Assembly (NCBI GenBank): GCA_963752475.1
Contig: CAVVYR010000008.1
Location: forward strand, 320,001 to 384,000
Direction: 5' to 3'
DNA: 64,000 nt
From: an uncultured Chloroflexia bacterium
GTDB taxonomy: Bacteria > Chloroflexota > Limnocylindria > Limnocylindrales > CSP1-4
Shown here: positions 19,945 through 30,300 of the stretch, piece by piece
Layout: each line of letters opens with the position of its first letter
How positions within the stretch are numbered: position 1 is the stretch's first letter
Program-made: the position numbers and the translations under genes
Notes under the pieces: model-generated
What the model was told of the DNA's origin: nothing
Seen by the model: the letters and a program-made list of their open reading frames with translations, nothing else
The model's database searches: none

Positions 19945-20220
19945 CTAGGCCGCCGGTGCCAGGACCACCGCGTGGCCATCGAGGTCCTCGATCGTCCAGC
20001 GCCGATCATCCAGCTCATGGGTGAGCCGGAAGCGACGACCGGCGGCATACACGACGAAGACCGTGCGGGGACCGGACTCGAGCGGGTAGGCGGACGTCTC
20101 ATCACGCACCGACTCGAGGCCTGTGACAGCCAGGCGCTGTCCGTCAGTGCGGATCTCTCGGGGCCGGCCTGTCGCGTTGTCGACGGACACGGATGTGAAG
20201 GCGGGGATGAGGTTGAACAC
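19945..20220 (-). CDS. Small SOS-regulated protein, DUF6504-like
   Basis: GTG start after GAGGAG; G.P.....G....V and FRL......RW.IE..D pattern; two SOS boxes upstream. Confidence 0.6.
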   Translation of the reverse strand: MFNLIPAFTSVSVDNATGRPREIRTDGQRLAVTGLESVRDETSAYPLESGPRTVFVVYAAGRRFRLTHELDDRRWTIEDLDGHAVVLAPAA

Positions 20221-20272
20221 GTGCGGGCTCCTCTTTCGGCGACGCGTCCGAGTGGCACGGTTCGGACCAATG

Positions 20273-20330
20273 TCGAACATCTGTTCTGTTACGGCTCAGG
20301 CAACGTATCGAACATCTGTTCGATTGTCAA
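20273..20330 (-). promoter_or_regulatory. Sigma-70 promoter with two LexA boxes
   Basis: GAAC-ATCT-GTTC at 20275-20286 and 20310-20321; minus strand TTGACA (20325-20330)-N17-TACGTT (20302-20307). Confidence 0.88.
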
Positions 20331-20401
20331 GCCCTGGCCGCGATCTGGTCGCAGAGTGAGGTGCGACCGTGCCACCTCACTTGTCACACTCCCGCTGGAC
20401 C

Positions 20402-21649
20402 TCAGCGATCGGGAGGGTCCTCCTCGCGACCGCGCCCGATGCTGCCACCCTCGGGCGCGGTCATCGGGTCACGTTCGAACGGCTCGGCCACGCCGCTCTC
20501 GATGAGCCGGGCGCGCCTGATGGCCTTGGAGCCGTAGCGCTTGCGGATGGCATCGGCCGCGGCGGTGGCCTTGCGGCGACGCTCGTCCTTGGCCGCGAAG
20601 AGCCCCATCTGCTCGCCCTCGCCCAGGTGTGAGGCACCCACGCCGAGCAACCGCACACGGATGCCCTTGAGCTCCGGGCGAGCCAGCTCGAGCGCCGCCG
20701 CGAAGATGACCTCGGTCTGGTCGGTCGGTTCGGACAGGGTCCGCTGCCGCGAGACCGTGCGGAAGGACGAATCGCGTACCTTGACCGCGATGGTTCGGGC
20801 CTTTACGCCGCCGTTGCGCAACCGCCCGGCCACGCCCTCGGACAGCGCCAACAGCGTGCGCTCGAGCGCTTCGGGGTCGGCCGTGTCGACGTGGAAGGTG
20901 TGCTCGTGGCTGACCGATCGGGCCGGCTCGGCCCCGGAGACCGATGAGGAGTCGATGCCTCGGGCGCGCAGGGCCAGGACCGGCCCCATCTTGCCGAAGC
21001 GGCGCGCCAGCAGGTCGTCGGGTAGTGCCGCGAGGTCCCCGATGGTGCGCACGCCGAACTCGCTCAGCACGGCTGCGGTCTTCTCGCCCACACCCCACAG
21101 GCGCGAGATGGGCAAGGGCGCGAGGAAGGCGGCTTCGGTGCCGGGGGCGACCACCACGAGCCCGTCGGGCTTCTCCAGGTCGGAGGCGACCTTGGCCACG
21201 AGCTTCGTCGCGGCCACGCCCACCGAAGCGGTCAGTTCGAGCTCGCCGGAGATGGTCGACCTGATCGATCGCGCCATGTCGGACGGCGTGCCGTGGAGAG
21301 CCTCCGAGCCATGGACGTCCAGGAAGGCCTCGTCGATGGAGATCTGCTCGACCGCTGGGGTGTAGCGGCGCAGGATCCCCATGACCTGCTTGCTGACGCG
21401 GCCGTACTTGCGTCCGTCGACGGGCACGAAGACGAGCTCGGGGCAAAGGCGCGCGGCAGTACGCAGGGGCAGCGCCGAGTGGACGCCAAAGCGGCGGGCC
21501 TCGTAGGAGGCAGCTGAGACGACGCCGCGGTCGTTGGCGCCCCCACCCCCGACCGCTATGGGTCTCCCGCGCAGCTCAGGACGGTCCCGCTGCTCGACGG
21601 CAGCGAAGAACGCGTCGAGATCGACGTGCAGGATAGTGGCGCGGCTCAC
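20402..21649 (-). CDS. dinB: DNA polymerase IV
   Basis: ILHVDLDAFFAAVEQ, AASYEAR, SIDEAFLD, KPDG. Confidence 0.95.
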   Translation of the reverse strand: MSRATILHVDLDAFFAAVEQRDRPELRGRPIAVGGGGANDRGVVSAASYEARRFGVHSALPLRTAARLCPELVFVPVDGRKYGRVSKQVMGILRRYTPAVEQISIDEAFLDVHGSEALHGTPSDMARSIRSTISGELELTASVGVAATKLVAKVASDLEKPDGLVVVAPGTEAAFLAPLPISRLWGVGEKTAAVLSEFGVRTIGDLAALPDDLLARRFGKMGPVLALRARGIDSSSVSGAEPARSVSHEHTFHVDTADPEALERTLLALSEGVAGRLRNGGVKARTIAVKVRDSSFRTVSRQRTLSEPTDQTEVIFAAALELARPELKGIRVRLLGVGASHLGEGEQMGLFAAKDERRRKATAAADAIRKRYGSKAIRRARLIESGVAEPFERDPMTAPEGGSIGRGREEDPPDR

Positions 21650-21688
21650 CGCACCATGATGTCTTGGCAGGCAACCCTGCCGGCTGGA

Positions 21689-22135
21689 CTAGCCCTTGGG
21701 CTCGACCTCGACGGTGACCTCGGAGACCGTGTCCTGGTACACCTTGATCGCGACCTTGTAGGTGCCCAGCTGACGCAGTGGCTCCTCAAGGTCGATCTTG
21801 TGACGGTCGATCTCGATGCCGCGGCGCGCGAGCGCGTCCGCGATGTCCTTGGCGGTGATGGAGCCATAGAGCTTGCCGCCCTCGCCGACCTTCACGCCCA
21901 TCGTGAGCGTGGTGCTGCTGATGCGAGTGGCGTTGATCTCGGCTTCCTCGCGCTCCTTCTTGCGCTGCTCCTCGCGACTGGCGATGTCATGCAGCCAGGC
22001 GCGGTAGGTGCCGCCGGCAGCCGGGACAGCCAGATTGCGCGGGATGAGGTAGTTGCGGGCGTAGCCGTGAGCCACGTCCTTGAGCTCACCGCTCTTACCG
22101 AGCGGATCGACATCCGCTGTGAGGATGACCTTCAC
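21689..22135 (-). CDS. rplI: 50S ribosomal protein L9
   Basis: MKVILTADVDPLGKSG...GYARNYLIP, GKLYGSIT. Confidence 0.97.
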   Translation of the reverse strand: MKVILTADVDPLGKSGELKDVAHGYARNYLIPRNLAVPAAGGTYRAWLHDIASREEQRKKEREEAEINATRISSTTLTMGVKVGEGGKLYGSITAKDIADALARRGIEIDRHKIDLEEPLRQLGTYKVAIKVYQDTVSEVTVEVEPKG

Positions 22136-22629
22136 GCTGAGATTGCCTCCTTGTCCTGTTCTGTGATCTCGAGATAGCCGCGTGCTTCCAATTCACCACG
22201 GACGACATCGGCGCTGGCCTCGATGAGTGCCGGCAGTCGTCGCGCGAGTGAGCGGATGGGCAGCGGGAGGAAGCGTCGAGCGGCCTCCATGTCGCGCTCC
22301 AGTTCACGGCCGTCGATACCAAGGGTATACATCTTCTGGATCATGAGCTCTCTGGGCACTCCTTCGAGGAAGAGGTCGAGCGCGATGATCGTGACCATGA
22401 CGTCGTCGATCCTGCTGATGAAGGGGACGAAATCGGGGATGAGGTCGATGGGTGATACGACGTATGCCACCGCCATCCCCAGGATCGCCTTCCTGGACCA
22501 GGGCACCCTCCGGTCGATCGCGAGCTCGTAGATGAGCCGGCCATAGACAGGCGCACGCGAGGCGATCGGTAGGAATGGCCAGAAACTGAGCGCGGTCAGT
22601 CCCAGCCTGAAGGTGCTTCTCAGGGCCAT
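22132..22629 (-). CDS. DUF1232/YkvA family membrane protein
   Basis: AYVVSPIDLIPDFVPFISRIDD. Confidence 0.85.
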   Translation of the reverse strand: MALRSTFRLGLTALSFWPFLPIASRAPVYGRLIYELAIDRRVPWSRKAILGMAVAYVVSPIDLIPDFVPFISRIDDVMVTIIALDLFLEGVPRELMIQKMYTLGIDGRELERDMEAARRFLPLPIRSLARRLPALIEASADVVRGELEARGYLEITEQDKEAISA

Positions 22630-22712
22630 CGGGAGCGCGAGTCTAGCATCCGAGGGCCCTTGGCCACGTGCGCGTCCGCGCTCCACACCAGCGTTGGCTC
22701 AGCGTGTCGCCC

Positions 22713-22741
22713 TTGACAACCGAACAGGTGTTCGGTACTGT
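22713..22741 (+). promoter_or_regulatory. lexA promoter with autoregulatory SOS box
   Basis: TTGACA (22713)-N17-TACTGT (22736), with CGAAC-AGGT-GTTCG at 22721-22734 in the spacer. Confidence 0.92.
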
Positions 22742-22760
22742 CCATGCGACAGGAGGTCCC

Positions 22761-23411
22761 GTGACCAAGCACGACGCACTGCGCAAGCAGCGGATCATCG
22801 AGTACATCGCCACCACCGTGCGCGAGAGCGGCTACCCGCCGTCCGTGCGGGAGATCGCCGCCGCCGTCGGGCTGGCTTCAACCTCGGCCGTGCACCACCA
22901 CCTCTCGGCCCTGGAGAAGGAGGGCCTGCTCGAGCGTGACGCCACGCAGTCGCGCGCGATCCGCCTGACGCCCGCCGCCTTGTTGTCCAGTGGCGCCGGC
23001 GGGGACGTGCTCACGCGCGGCGCGGAGCCGCTGGCCAACGCCATCCCCGTCATCGGCGAGATCGCCGCCGGTGGTCCGATCGAGGCATATCAGGACGCCA
23101 GCGAGTCCGTCAGCGTTCCGGATCTGATCAACACCAGTGCCAGCACGTATGTGCTGCGTGTACGCGGCGATTCGATGGTCGACGCTCACATCATGGATGG
23201 CGACCTCGTGGTCATCCGCGAACAGCAGACCGCCCGTGACGGTGACATCGTCGTGGCCCAGGTGGAGGAGAACTCGGTCACCTTGAAGCGGTTCTTCAAG
23301 GAGCGGAACCAGGTCCGCCTGCAGCCGGCGAACGAAGCCTACGAGCCACAGTTCTATGACGACGTTCGCATCCAGGGCAAGCTCGTCGGAGTCATTCGCC
23401 GGGTCGATTAG
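22761..23411 (+). CDS. lexA: SOS repressor LexA
   Basis: GYPPSVREI, Ala-Gly cleavage site (IAAG), GDSM, TLKR; AGGAGG RBS before the GTG. Confidence 0.96.
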   Translation: MTKHDALRKQRIIEYIATTVRESGYPPSVREIAAAVGLASTSAVHHHLSALEKEGLLERDATQSRAIRLTPAALLSSGAGGDVLTRGAEPLANAIPVIGEIAAGGPIEAYQDASESVSVPDLINTSASTYVLRVRGDSMVDAHIMDGDLVVIREQQTARDGDIVVAQVEENSVTLKRFFKERNQVRLQPANEAYEPQFYDDVRIQGKLVGVIRRVD

Positions 23412-23436
23412 GAACGTTCACGCCTGTCCTGTGCGT

Positions 23437-23456
23437 TTGTCCACGGGTTATCCACA
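23437..23456 (+). promoter_or_regulatory. DnaA boxes upstream of dnaB
   Basis: Perfect TTATCCACA at 23448-23456; degenerate TTGTCCACG at 23437-23445. Confidence 0.6.
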
Positions 23457-23585
23457 GAAATGGTGGAGAGAATGGGTCAAACCGTGGAGATGCGTATTGC
23501 GGGAGCGCTCCCACACCCGCGAACATCGGAGGCAGCCCCTCGGCAGCCCCTGTGAACCCATGCCTTAGCCCCGGAGAACTTGCGC

Positions 23586-24945
23586 GTGTCCATCGACCGT
23601 CTGCCACCGCAATCCGTCGAAGCCGAACAGTCGGTGCTGGGCGCGATGCTCATCGACAAGGACGCGGTGACCGAAGTCGCAGAGATCCTGAAGCCGGAGG
23701 ATTTCTACCGCGGACACCACGGCACCATCTATGCCGCCGCTCTCGAGCTCTACGAGAAGCGCGAGCCGGTCGACATCATCACCATCAGCGAGGTCCTTGA
23801 GCGACAGGGTCGGCTGGATGAGATCGGCGGGTCGGCGTACCTCACGAGCCTGATGAACCTCACGCCCACTGCGGTGAACGTCGTCCATTACGCCCGGATC
23901 GTCGAGCGGAAGGGCGTGTTGAGGAACCTCATCAGCGCGGCAGGGCGGATCGCTGGCTACGGCTACGAAGAGGACGGTGAGGTCGGTGAGGTCATCGACA
24001 AGGCAGAGTCGGAGTTGTTTGCGGTCTCTGAGAAGCGCGTGCAGTCCGGCTTCTCACCGCTCGACTCGCTATTGCATAGCGCCTGGGACCGGCTCGACTA
24101 CCTCCACCAGCACAAGGGTGAGATCAGCGGCATCCGCACCGGGTTCACCAAGCTGGACTCGCTGACCACCGGACTGCAGAAGTCAGACCTCGTGCTGGTG
24201 GCGGCACGCCCCTCGGTCGGCAAGACCAGCCTGGCGCTGAACTTCGCCGAGCACGCGGCCGTCAACGAGGGCAAGGTCGTGGGCGTGTTCAGCCTAGAGA
24301 TGAGCAAGGAGCAGCTCGTGCTGCGCCTGCTGTCGTCGGTGAGCGGCGTGGATTCCAACCTGCTGCGAACCGGCTGGCTCGAGGAGATCCACTTCGCACG
24401 CCTCGCGCCCGCCATGAGCAAGATGGCGGCGGCGCCGATCTTCATCGACGACACACCCAACATCAGCGCCATGGAGCTGCGCACCAAGGCGCGCCGACTC
24501 CAGGCTGAGTCAGGCCTCGACCTCATCCTCGTCGACTACCTGCAGCTGATGCAGTCGGGTGTCACGTCCAAGGACGCCAACCGCGTACAGGAGGTCAGCG
24601 ACATCTCCCGGTCCCTGAAGGCGCTCGCACGCGAGCTGCAGCTGCCGGTCGTGGCGCTCTCGCAGCTCTCCCGCCAAACCGAGAACCGCGGCGAGAAGGG
24701 CGAGCCTCGCCTCTCTGACCTGCGCGAGTCGGGAGCCCTGGAGCAGGACGCGGACATGGTCATGTTCCTGTGGCGCGACAAGGAGCGCAGCCCCGAGGAA
24801 GACGACGCGGAAGGCGAGATCATCAACCTGAAGCTGGCGAAGCACCGTAACGGCCCCACCGGCGAGATGCAGCTGTACTTCAAGAAGCGCCAGACCCGCT
24901 TCGAGAACGTCGAGGAGGACCATTACGCGGAGAGTGCATACGCAG
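23586..24945 (+). CDS. dnaB: Replicative DNA helicase; native stop lost at the IS630 junction (ORF reads on to 25235)
   Basis: [50 protein letters not shown]. Confidence 0.95.
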
Positions 24946-25590
24946 TTGAGCACCGACCCCGCCCTCGAGGCCAAGATCCGCGACGTCGTGGGCCTCTACC
25001 TCGACCCGCCCGAGGGCGCGGTCGTGCTGTCGGTCGACGAGAAGACCCAGATCCAGGCGCTCGACCGCACCCAGCCGATGCTGCCGATGCGCCCGGGCCA
25101 GGCGGAGCGCCATACCCACGACTACGAGCGCCACGGCACGACCTGCCTGTTCGCGGCACTCGAGGTGGGCACCGGGCAGGTCACGACCGACCACCGCCGT
25201 CCGCCACACCGGGGCCGACTTCCTCGCCTTCATGAAGCGGGTGGCGAAGGCCTACCCGGAGGGCGAGCTCCACGTCGTGCTCGACAACGTCAGCAGCCAT
25301 ACGACACCCGCTGTCCGCAAGTGGCTGAAGCGGCACAAGCGCATCACCTTCCACTTCACGCCCACGAGCGCGTCGTGGATGAACCAGATCGAGACCTGGT
25401 TCGGCATCCTCACCCGTCAGGCCATCCGCCGCGGCAGCTTCAAGAGCGTCAAGGAACTCATCGCCATGATCGACGCCTTCACCCACCAGTGGAACGAGGG
25501 CGCCAGCCCCTTCACCTGGGTCAAGTCCGCCGACCAGATCCTCGCCAAGGCGGTCCGCAAGCCGCCAGCAACAGTGAATACTAGGGACAC
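24943..25590 (+). mobile_element. IS630-family transposase remnant (DDE half only, frameshift at ~25200)
   Basis: [67 protein letters not shown]; ends in GGGACAC, resembling an IS630 right terminus; no N-terminal HTH. Confidence 0.9.
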
Positions 25591-27037
25591 TCCCCGTGCA
25601 TTGATGCTCCAGGGCACGGGCTCCGACGTCGGCAAGTCCGTGCTCGTGGCAGGGCTTTGTCGTGCGCTGGTCGACCGCCGGCTGACCGTCCGTCCCTTCA
25701 AGCCCCAGAATATGTCCAACAACGCGGCGGTCGCGGTCGAGGGTGGCGAGATCGGCCGGGCGCAATGGCTCCAGGCGGTGGCTTGTCGGGTGCCACCGAG
25801 CGTTCACATGAACCCCGTGCTCATCAAGCCGGAGAGCGACATCGGGGCGCAACTCGTCGTGCAGGGCCAAGCGGTCGGCACATCCATGGCGGCCGACTTC
25901 AACCGCAAGAAACCCGAACTGTTCGCGAAGGTGCTGGAGTCGTTCGAGACGATCGCATCCGAGGCGGACATCGTCGTGGTCGAGGGCGCCGGCAGCCCTG
26001 CCGAAGTGAACCTGCGCGAGGGCGACATCGCCAACATGGGCTTCGCCTTGCCCACGCAGACCCCGGTCGTGCTCATCGGCGACATCGACCGCGGAGGGGT
26101 CATCGCGTCGCTCGTGGGTACGCACGCGATCCTGCCGCCAGAGGAGCGTGCGCTGGTCCGCGGGTTCATCGTCAACAAGTTCCGCGGTGACGCCGCGCTG
26201 TTCGACGAGGGCATGCGCATCATCGAGGACCGCACCGGTTGGGCCGGCTTCGGCGTCGTGCCCTTCCTGCCGACAGTGACGCGTCTGCCGGCGGAGGACG
26301 CAGTGGTCCTGGAGGGCCCTCGGGCGCGCGGGGGTTCGCGCTACGTGATCGCGGTCCCGATGCTCTCGCGCATCGCCAACTTCGACGATGCCGACCCGCT
26401 TCGTCTACACCCGGAGATCGACCTTCGGTTCATCCCGCCCGGCCGGGCCATTCCGTCAGAGGTGGACCTCATCATCATCCCCGGCACCAAGTCCACCATC
26501 GCCGACCTGCGATTCCTTAGGGCGCAGGGCTGGAGCGCGGACATCGCGGCCCACCACCGGGCCGGCAAGCCCGTCATCGGACTCTGTGGTGGCTATCAGA
26601 TGCTGGGCACGGTGGTAGCCGATCCAGAGGGTACTGAGGGCCCGCCCGGTGAGGAGCCGGGTCTGGGGTTGCTGGCGGTGAAGACGGTATTGGAGTCCCC
26701 CAAGACCGTGCGTACCGTCAGCGCGCTCGAGGCGGACTCGGGTCTCGAAGTGCCGGGCTACGAGATCCACTGCGGGCGGACCGAGGCCATCGGGGCGATC
26801 GAGCCGTTCCTCAGTGTCGACGGGGAGGTCGTCGGTCTGCGCTCCGCTGATGGTTTGGTCTACGGCGCCTACGTGCATGGCCTCTTCCTCGACGACCGCT
26901 TCCGGAGCGAGATGCTCGCCCGGCTGGGGATGCCGGTGGCCGCGGGGCTGTCCTATCAGGCGTCGGTCGAGACCGCACTCGACGAGCTGGCGGCGGCGCT
27001 GGAGGAACATCTCGACATCGAGGCCATGCTCGGCTGA
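25588..27037 (+). CDS. cobQ: Cobyric acid synthase, fused in frame to the IS630 C-terminus
   Basis: LMLQGTGSDVGKS, PFKPQNMSNN, EGAGSPAEVNL, IANFDD, GLCGGYQMLG, YVHGLF. Confidence 0.93.
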
Positions 27038-27094
27038 CCGCCCTACACTCGGGGCTAACCACTGGGACATCACATACGACAGAGGAGACGCGCG

Positions 27095-27301
27095 ATGGGC
27101 GTCATCATCATCCGGGAGATGGTCGGCAGCAGCCCCGAGTCATGGAGCGCAGCGGCCGCCGATGCCGTGGCGCGAGCGGCTTCGACCGTTCGCAATATCC
27201 GCCAGGTGGAGGTCGTGCGCCACACGGCGCGGGTCGACGAGGATCGCATCACCGACTACGAGGTCGAACTGAAGATCTTCTTCGAGTACGAGGGCACCTG
27301 A
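27095..27301 (+). CDS. Dodecin family flavin-binding protein
   Basis: 68 aa; EMVGSSPESWSAAA...AASTVRNIR...YEVELKIFF; GAGGAG RBS. Confidence 0.85.
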   Translation: MGVIIIREMVGSSPESWSAAAADAVARAASTVRNIRQVEVVRHTARVDEDRITDYEVELKIFFEYEGT

Positions 27302-27359
27302 CCGCACTTTTCCACACCCTGGTAAGCGTGGGATGAGTAGGCATCGCGATGATGCGGCC

Positions 27360-30300
27360 ATGCCCTATCAGTCGCTGACTCCCGAACAAGATCGAGCACG
27401 TCCAGAGGCGCCTCCGGCGACGGTGCCTGGGCTGAACACGCCCGAGCCACACCCGTCCGGCTTCGCCATCATCGGCAGCAAGATCGGTCCGGCTGCGCCA
27501 GCGCGCTCGATCCTGGCTCGACCCAGGTTGGTCGACTGGTTCGACCAGCACGCGCGAGCGCGCGTCGTGTTCGTCTCGGCAGAGGCCGGGTACGGCAAGA
27601 CCACGCTCCTTGGCGAGTTCGCGAACCACACACGGGACCGGGTCGTCTGGTATCGGCTGGAACGCTCGGACGGCGACTGGATCACGTTCCTCAGCTACCT
27701 CGTCGCCGCGCTACGCGACGTCTGGCCGGAGTTCGGCAAGTCGACCGAGGCGCTTCTGCGCAACGTCGCGGCGATGGGCTCCTCGCGCGAGGTCGTCCTC
27801 GCACAGTTCCTCGCGGATCTGAGCTCGGCAGAGGCCAGTCGCGTCGCCGTGATCCTTGACGACTACCACCTCGTCGGCGAGTCGCCGGACGTGCGCATGA
27901 TCGTGAGCCGGATGCTGGAGCGCGCGCCGGAGGGCATGTACTTCGTCCTCTCCGGCCGCAGCGTACCGATGCTGTCGGTCGGCCGTCTACGGGGACAGGG
28001 TCGCGTCAACGGCCTGAACATCGATGACCTGCGGTTCACGCTGTCGGAGATCGAACAACTGTTCGCGACGACGTATGGGCTACCCCTCGACGGTCGAGCG
28101 TGTCGCCTGATCGCCGAGAAGACGGAGGGATGGGCGGCCGGACTACAGCTTGTGGCTGCGTCGATCGCGGTCAGCCAACCTGATGAGGTCGCCGAGTTCC
28201 TGGCTGCGCTCAATGGTGCGACTGGTCCCATCTATGACTTCCTCGCCGAAGAGGTCCTGACGCGTCTCGCGCCGGAGACGCAGCGGGTGCTGATGCATGC
28301 ATCGTTGGTGGAACGCGTGCAGACGGACTATGTCGCCGTCGCTCTCGAGGCAGGTGGCACGCCAGTGGAGTCATCCGTCATCCAGGCCTCCCTGGATAGG
28401 GCTGAATCGCTTGGATTGCTCGGCGTGCGCAGTGAGGCCGCTCGCGGAATGCGGATGCAAGCGCTGTTCCGCGAGTTCCTCGAGGTCCACCTGGAGCGGG
28501 AGGTGGCGCCCAAGACCATCCGGCAGATGCACCAAGCGATCGCGCACGCCTCCGAACAGGACGACTGGCTGATGGCGGCGCGTCACTTTGCCAAGGCGGG
28601 TTGCCACGACGATTCGATGCGCGTCATCGGCTCGGCCGCGGGCGAGGCACTTGGAACTGGTGCCTGGGGAGCTGCGGTCGAGATCGTGGACTCCATGCCG
28701 GCGACGGAGCCGCCACCGGCCGTGAAGGTCATTCAGGCTCGCGCACTCATCAGTGATGAGCACCCGGAAGCCGCGGTCGAGGTCCTGTCGAGCATCGATC
28801 GCACGAACCTGAGCCCCGAAGAGCGCGGCCTCGTCGGTCTCACATGGGCTGCCATCCACCACATCAACGGCGAGACCGAGTTGCACAAGGGTGAGATTGT
28901 CCCAATCGCAGATGACGAGACGGTTCCGGCGTTGTTGAGAGACGTTGGTCATTGTTGGCAGCTGATGCTCGAAGCGGCAACCGGGGAAAGCATCTCGGAC
29001 GCCGTGACTGCACTCCGGCGTATGGCCGTTGAGCAATCCAAGCATGACCTCCACTACTTCGCAGGCGTCACCCTGCACAATGCTGCGACCGGCGAGCTCG
29101 CCCGCGGCAACTACGGTGATGCACAAGCATTGGCGAAGGACTCGGTGGCACACCTGGCGCGAACTGACGAGGGTGCCTCAATCAGCTCGTCTACTCGATC
29201 GTTGCAGGCGCTCGTAGTCGCGGAGCTCGGAGATCTGGAGGAAGGGCTTCGGCTTTCCAGTGCGGCCGCGACCGGTCCGGAGGCGGCCGCCGACGCCCTA
29301 GCGGACGCCGCGTATCTCCACGCAGTGTGCGGCAGAGGACACCAAGCCCGGACTCTGCTGTCCAGGTTCGAGCGCGGCGACGCGAGATGGGCTCGAGACC
29401 TATCGAGCAAGGCCGCCGGCTGCTATGCGAGGTTCGCGCTGGCGATGAGCGACGGCGCTACAGGCGACGCAGACCGAGCGCTAGCCGACCTCGACGAGTT
29501 GACGCCGGTCGACTTTGACACTGAGACGCGTCGAGCAGTGCTTGCTGCAACGCTGGCGGTGGCCGCACAGGACCCGGCTGCGTCAACCATCCTGCACACC
29601 GCCAAGGAGGTTGTCGCACGCCAGAACGCATGGCGCTGGATGATGCGCGTACGCCTTCTCGACGCCGTTCTTCAGCGTGACGGCAAGAGTCTCGCCCTCT
29701 GGATCACGGAGGCTGAGACCAATTCCGCACTGTCGGTTCTTGAGCTCGCTGACGCGATTGTCACGGCGGTGGGTGCTCTGGCTTCGATTCCGGAAGCTCT
29801 CGAACGGTCGGTCTTGCGAGAGCCCAGACGGTGGATAGGAGCTCTGACGCGGCAGGTGCAGGGACCTCCGAGTGAGGATGCTGGAGCAGCGGCAGCCATG
29901 ATCGCCAAGTTCGGTACCGCCGAGGACGCTGCCGTCCTTCGTGACTACGAGCGAACTGCAACCGGAAGGCCGCGTCGGCGAGGACTGGCGACGCAACTCA
30001 TCCGGAGAGTCAGCCCGACAGTCCGCGTGCACGACCTCGGCCTAACGAGCTACGAAGTTGGCGAGCGCATCGTTCGGCTGACGCAGACACGCCGGAAGAC
30101 AGCTGCGCTCCTCCTCTACTTGGTGACACGCCCGGACCTGGCCGCGAACCGGGAACAAGTGATGGAAGCTCTCTGGCCTGACCAAACGCCGAAGTCTGCT
30201 CTCAACAGCCTCCACCAGACCATCTTCTTCCTTCGCCGTGAGCTTGAGCCCTGGTACGAAGACGGTGCGACTGCCGACTACGTGCACATGGACACCGAGC

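Noticed and set aside
23412-23585. oriC
   Set aside because: Only one perfect DnaA box, no AT-rich unwinding element, and no dnaA/dnaN nearby.
24946-25235. DnaB C-terminal extension as an intein or new domain
   Set aside because: It is an off-frame translation of the IS630 remnant; no intein motifs.
25560-25610. Cobalamin riboswitch upstream of cobQ
   Set aside because: No leader exists; IS sequence abuts the coding region.
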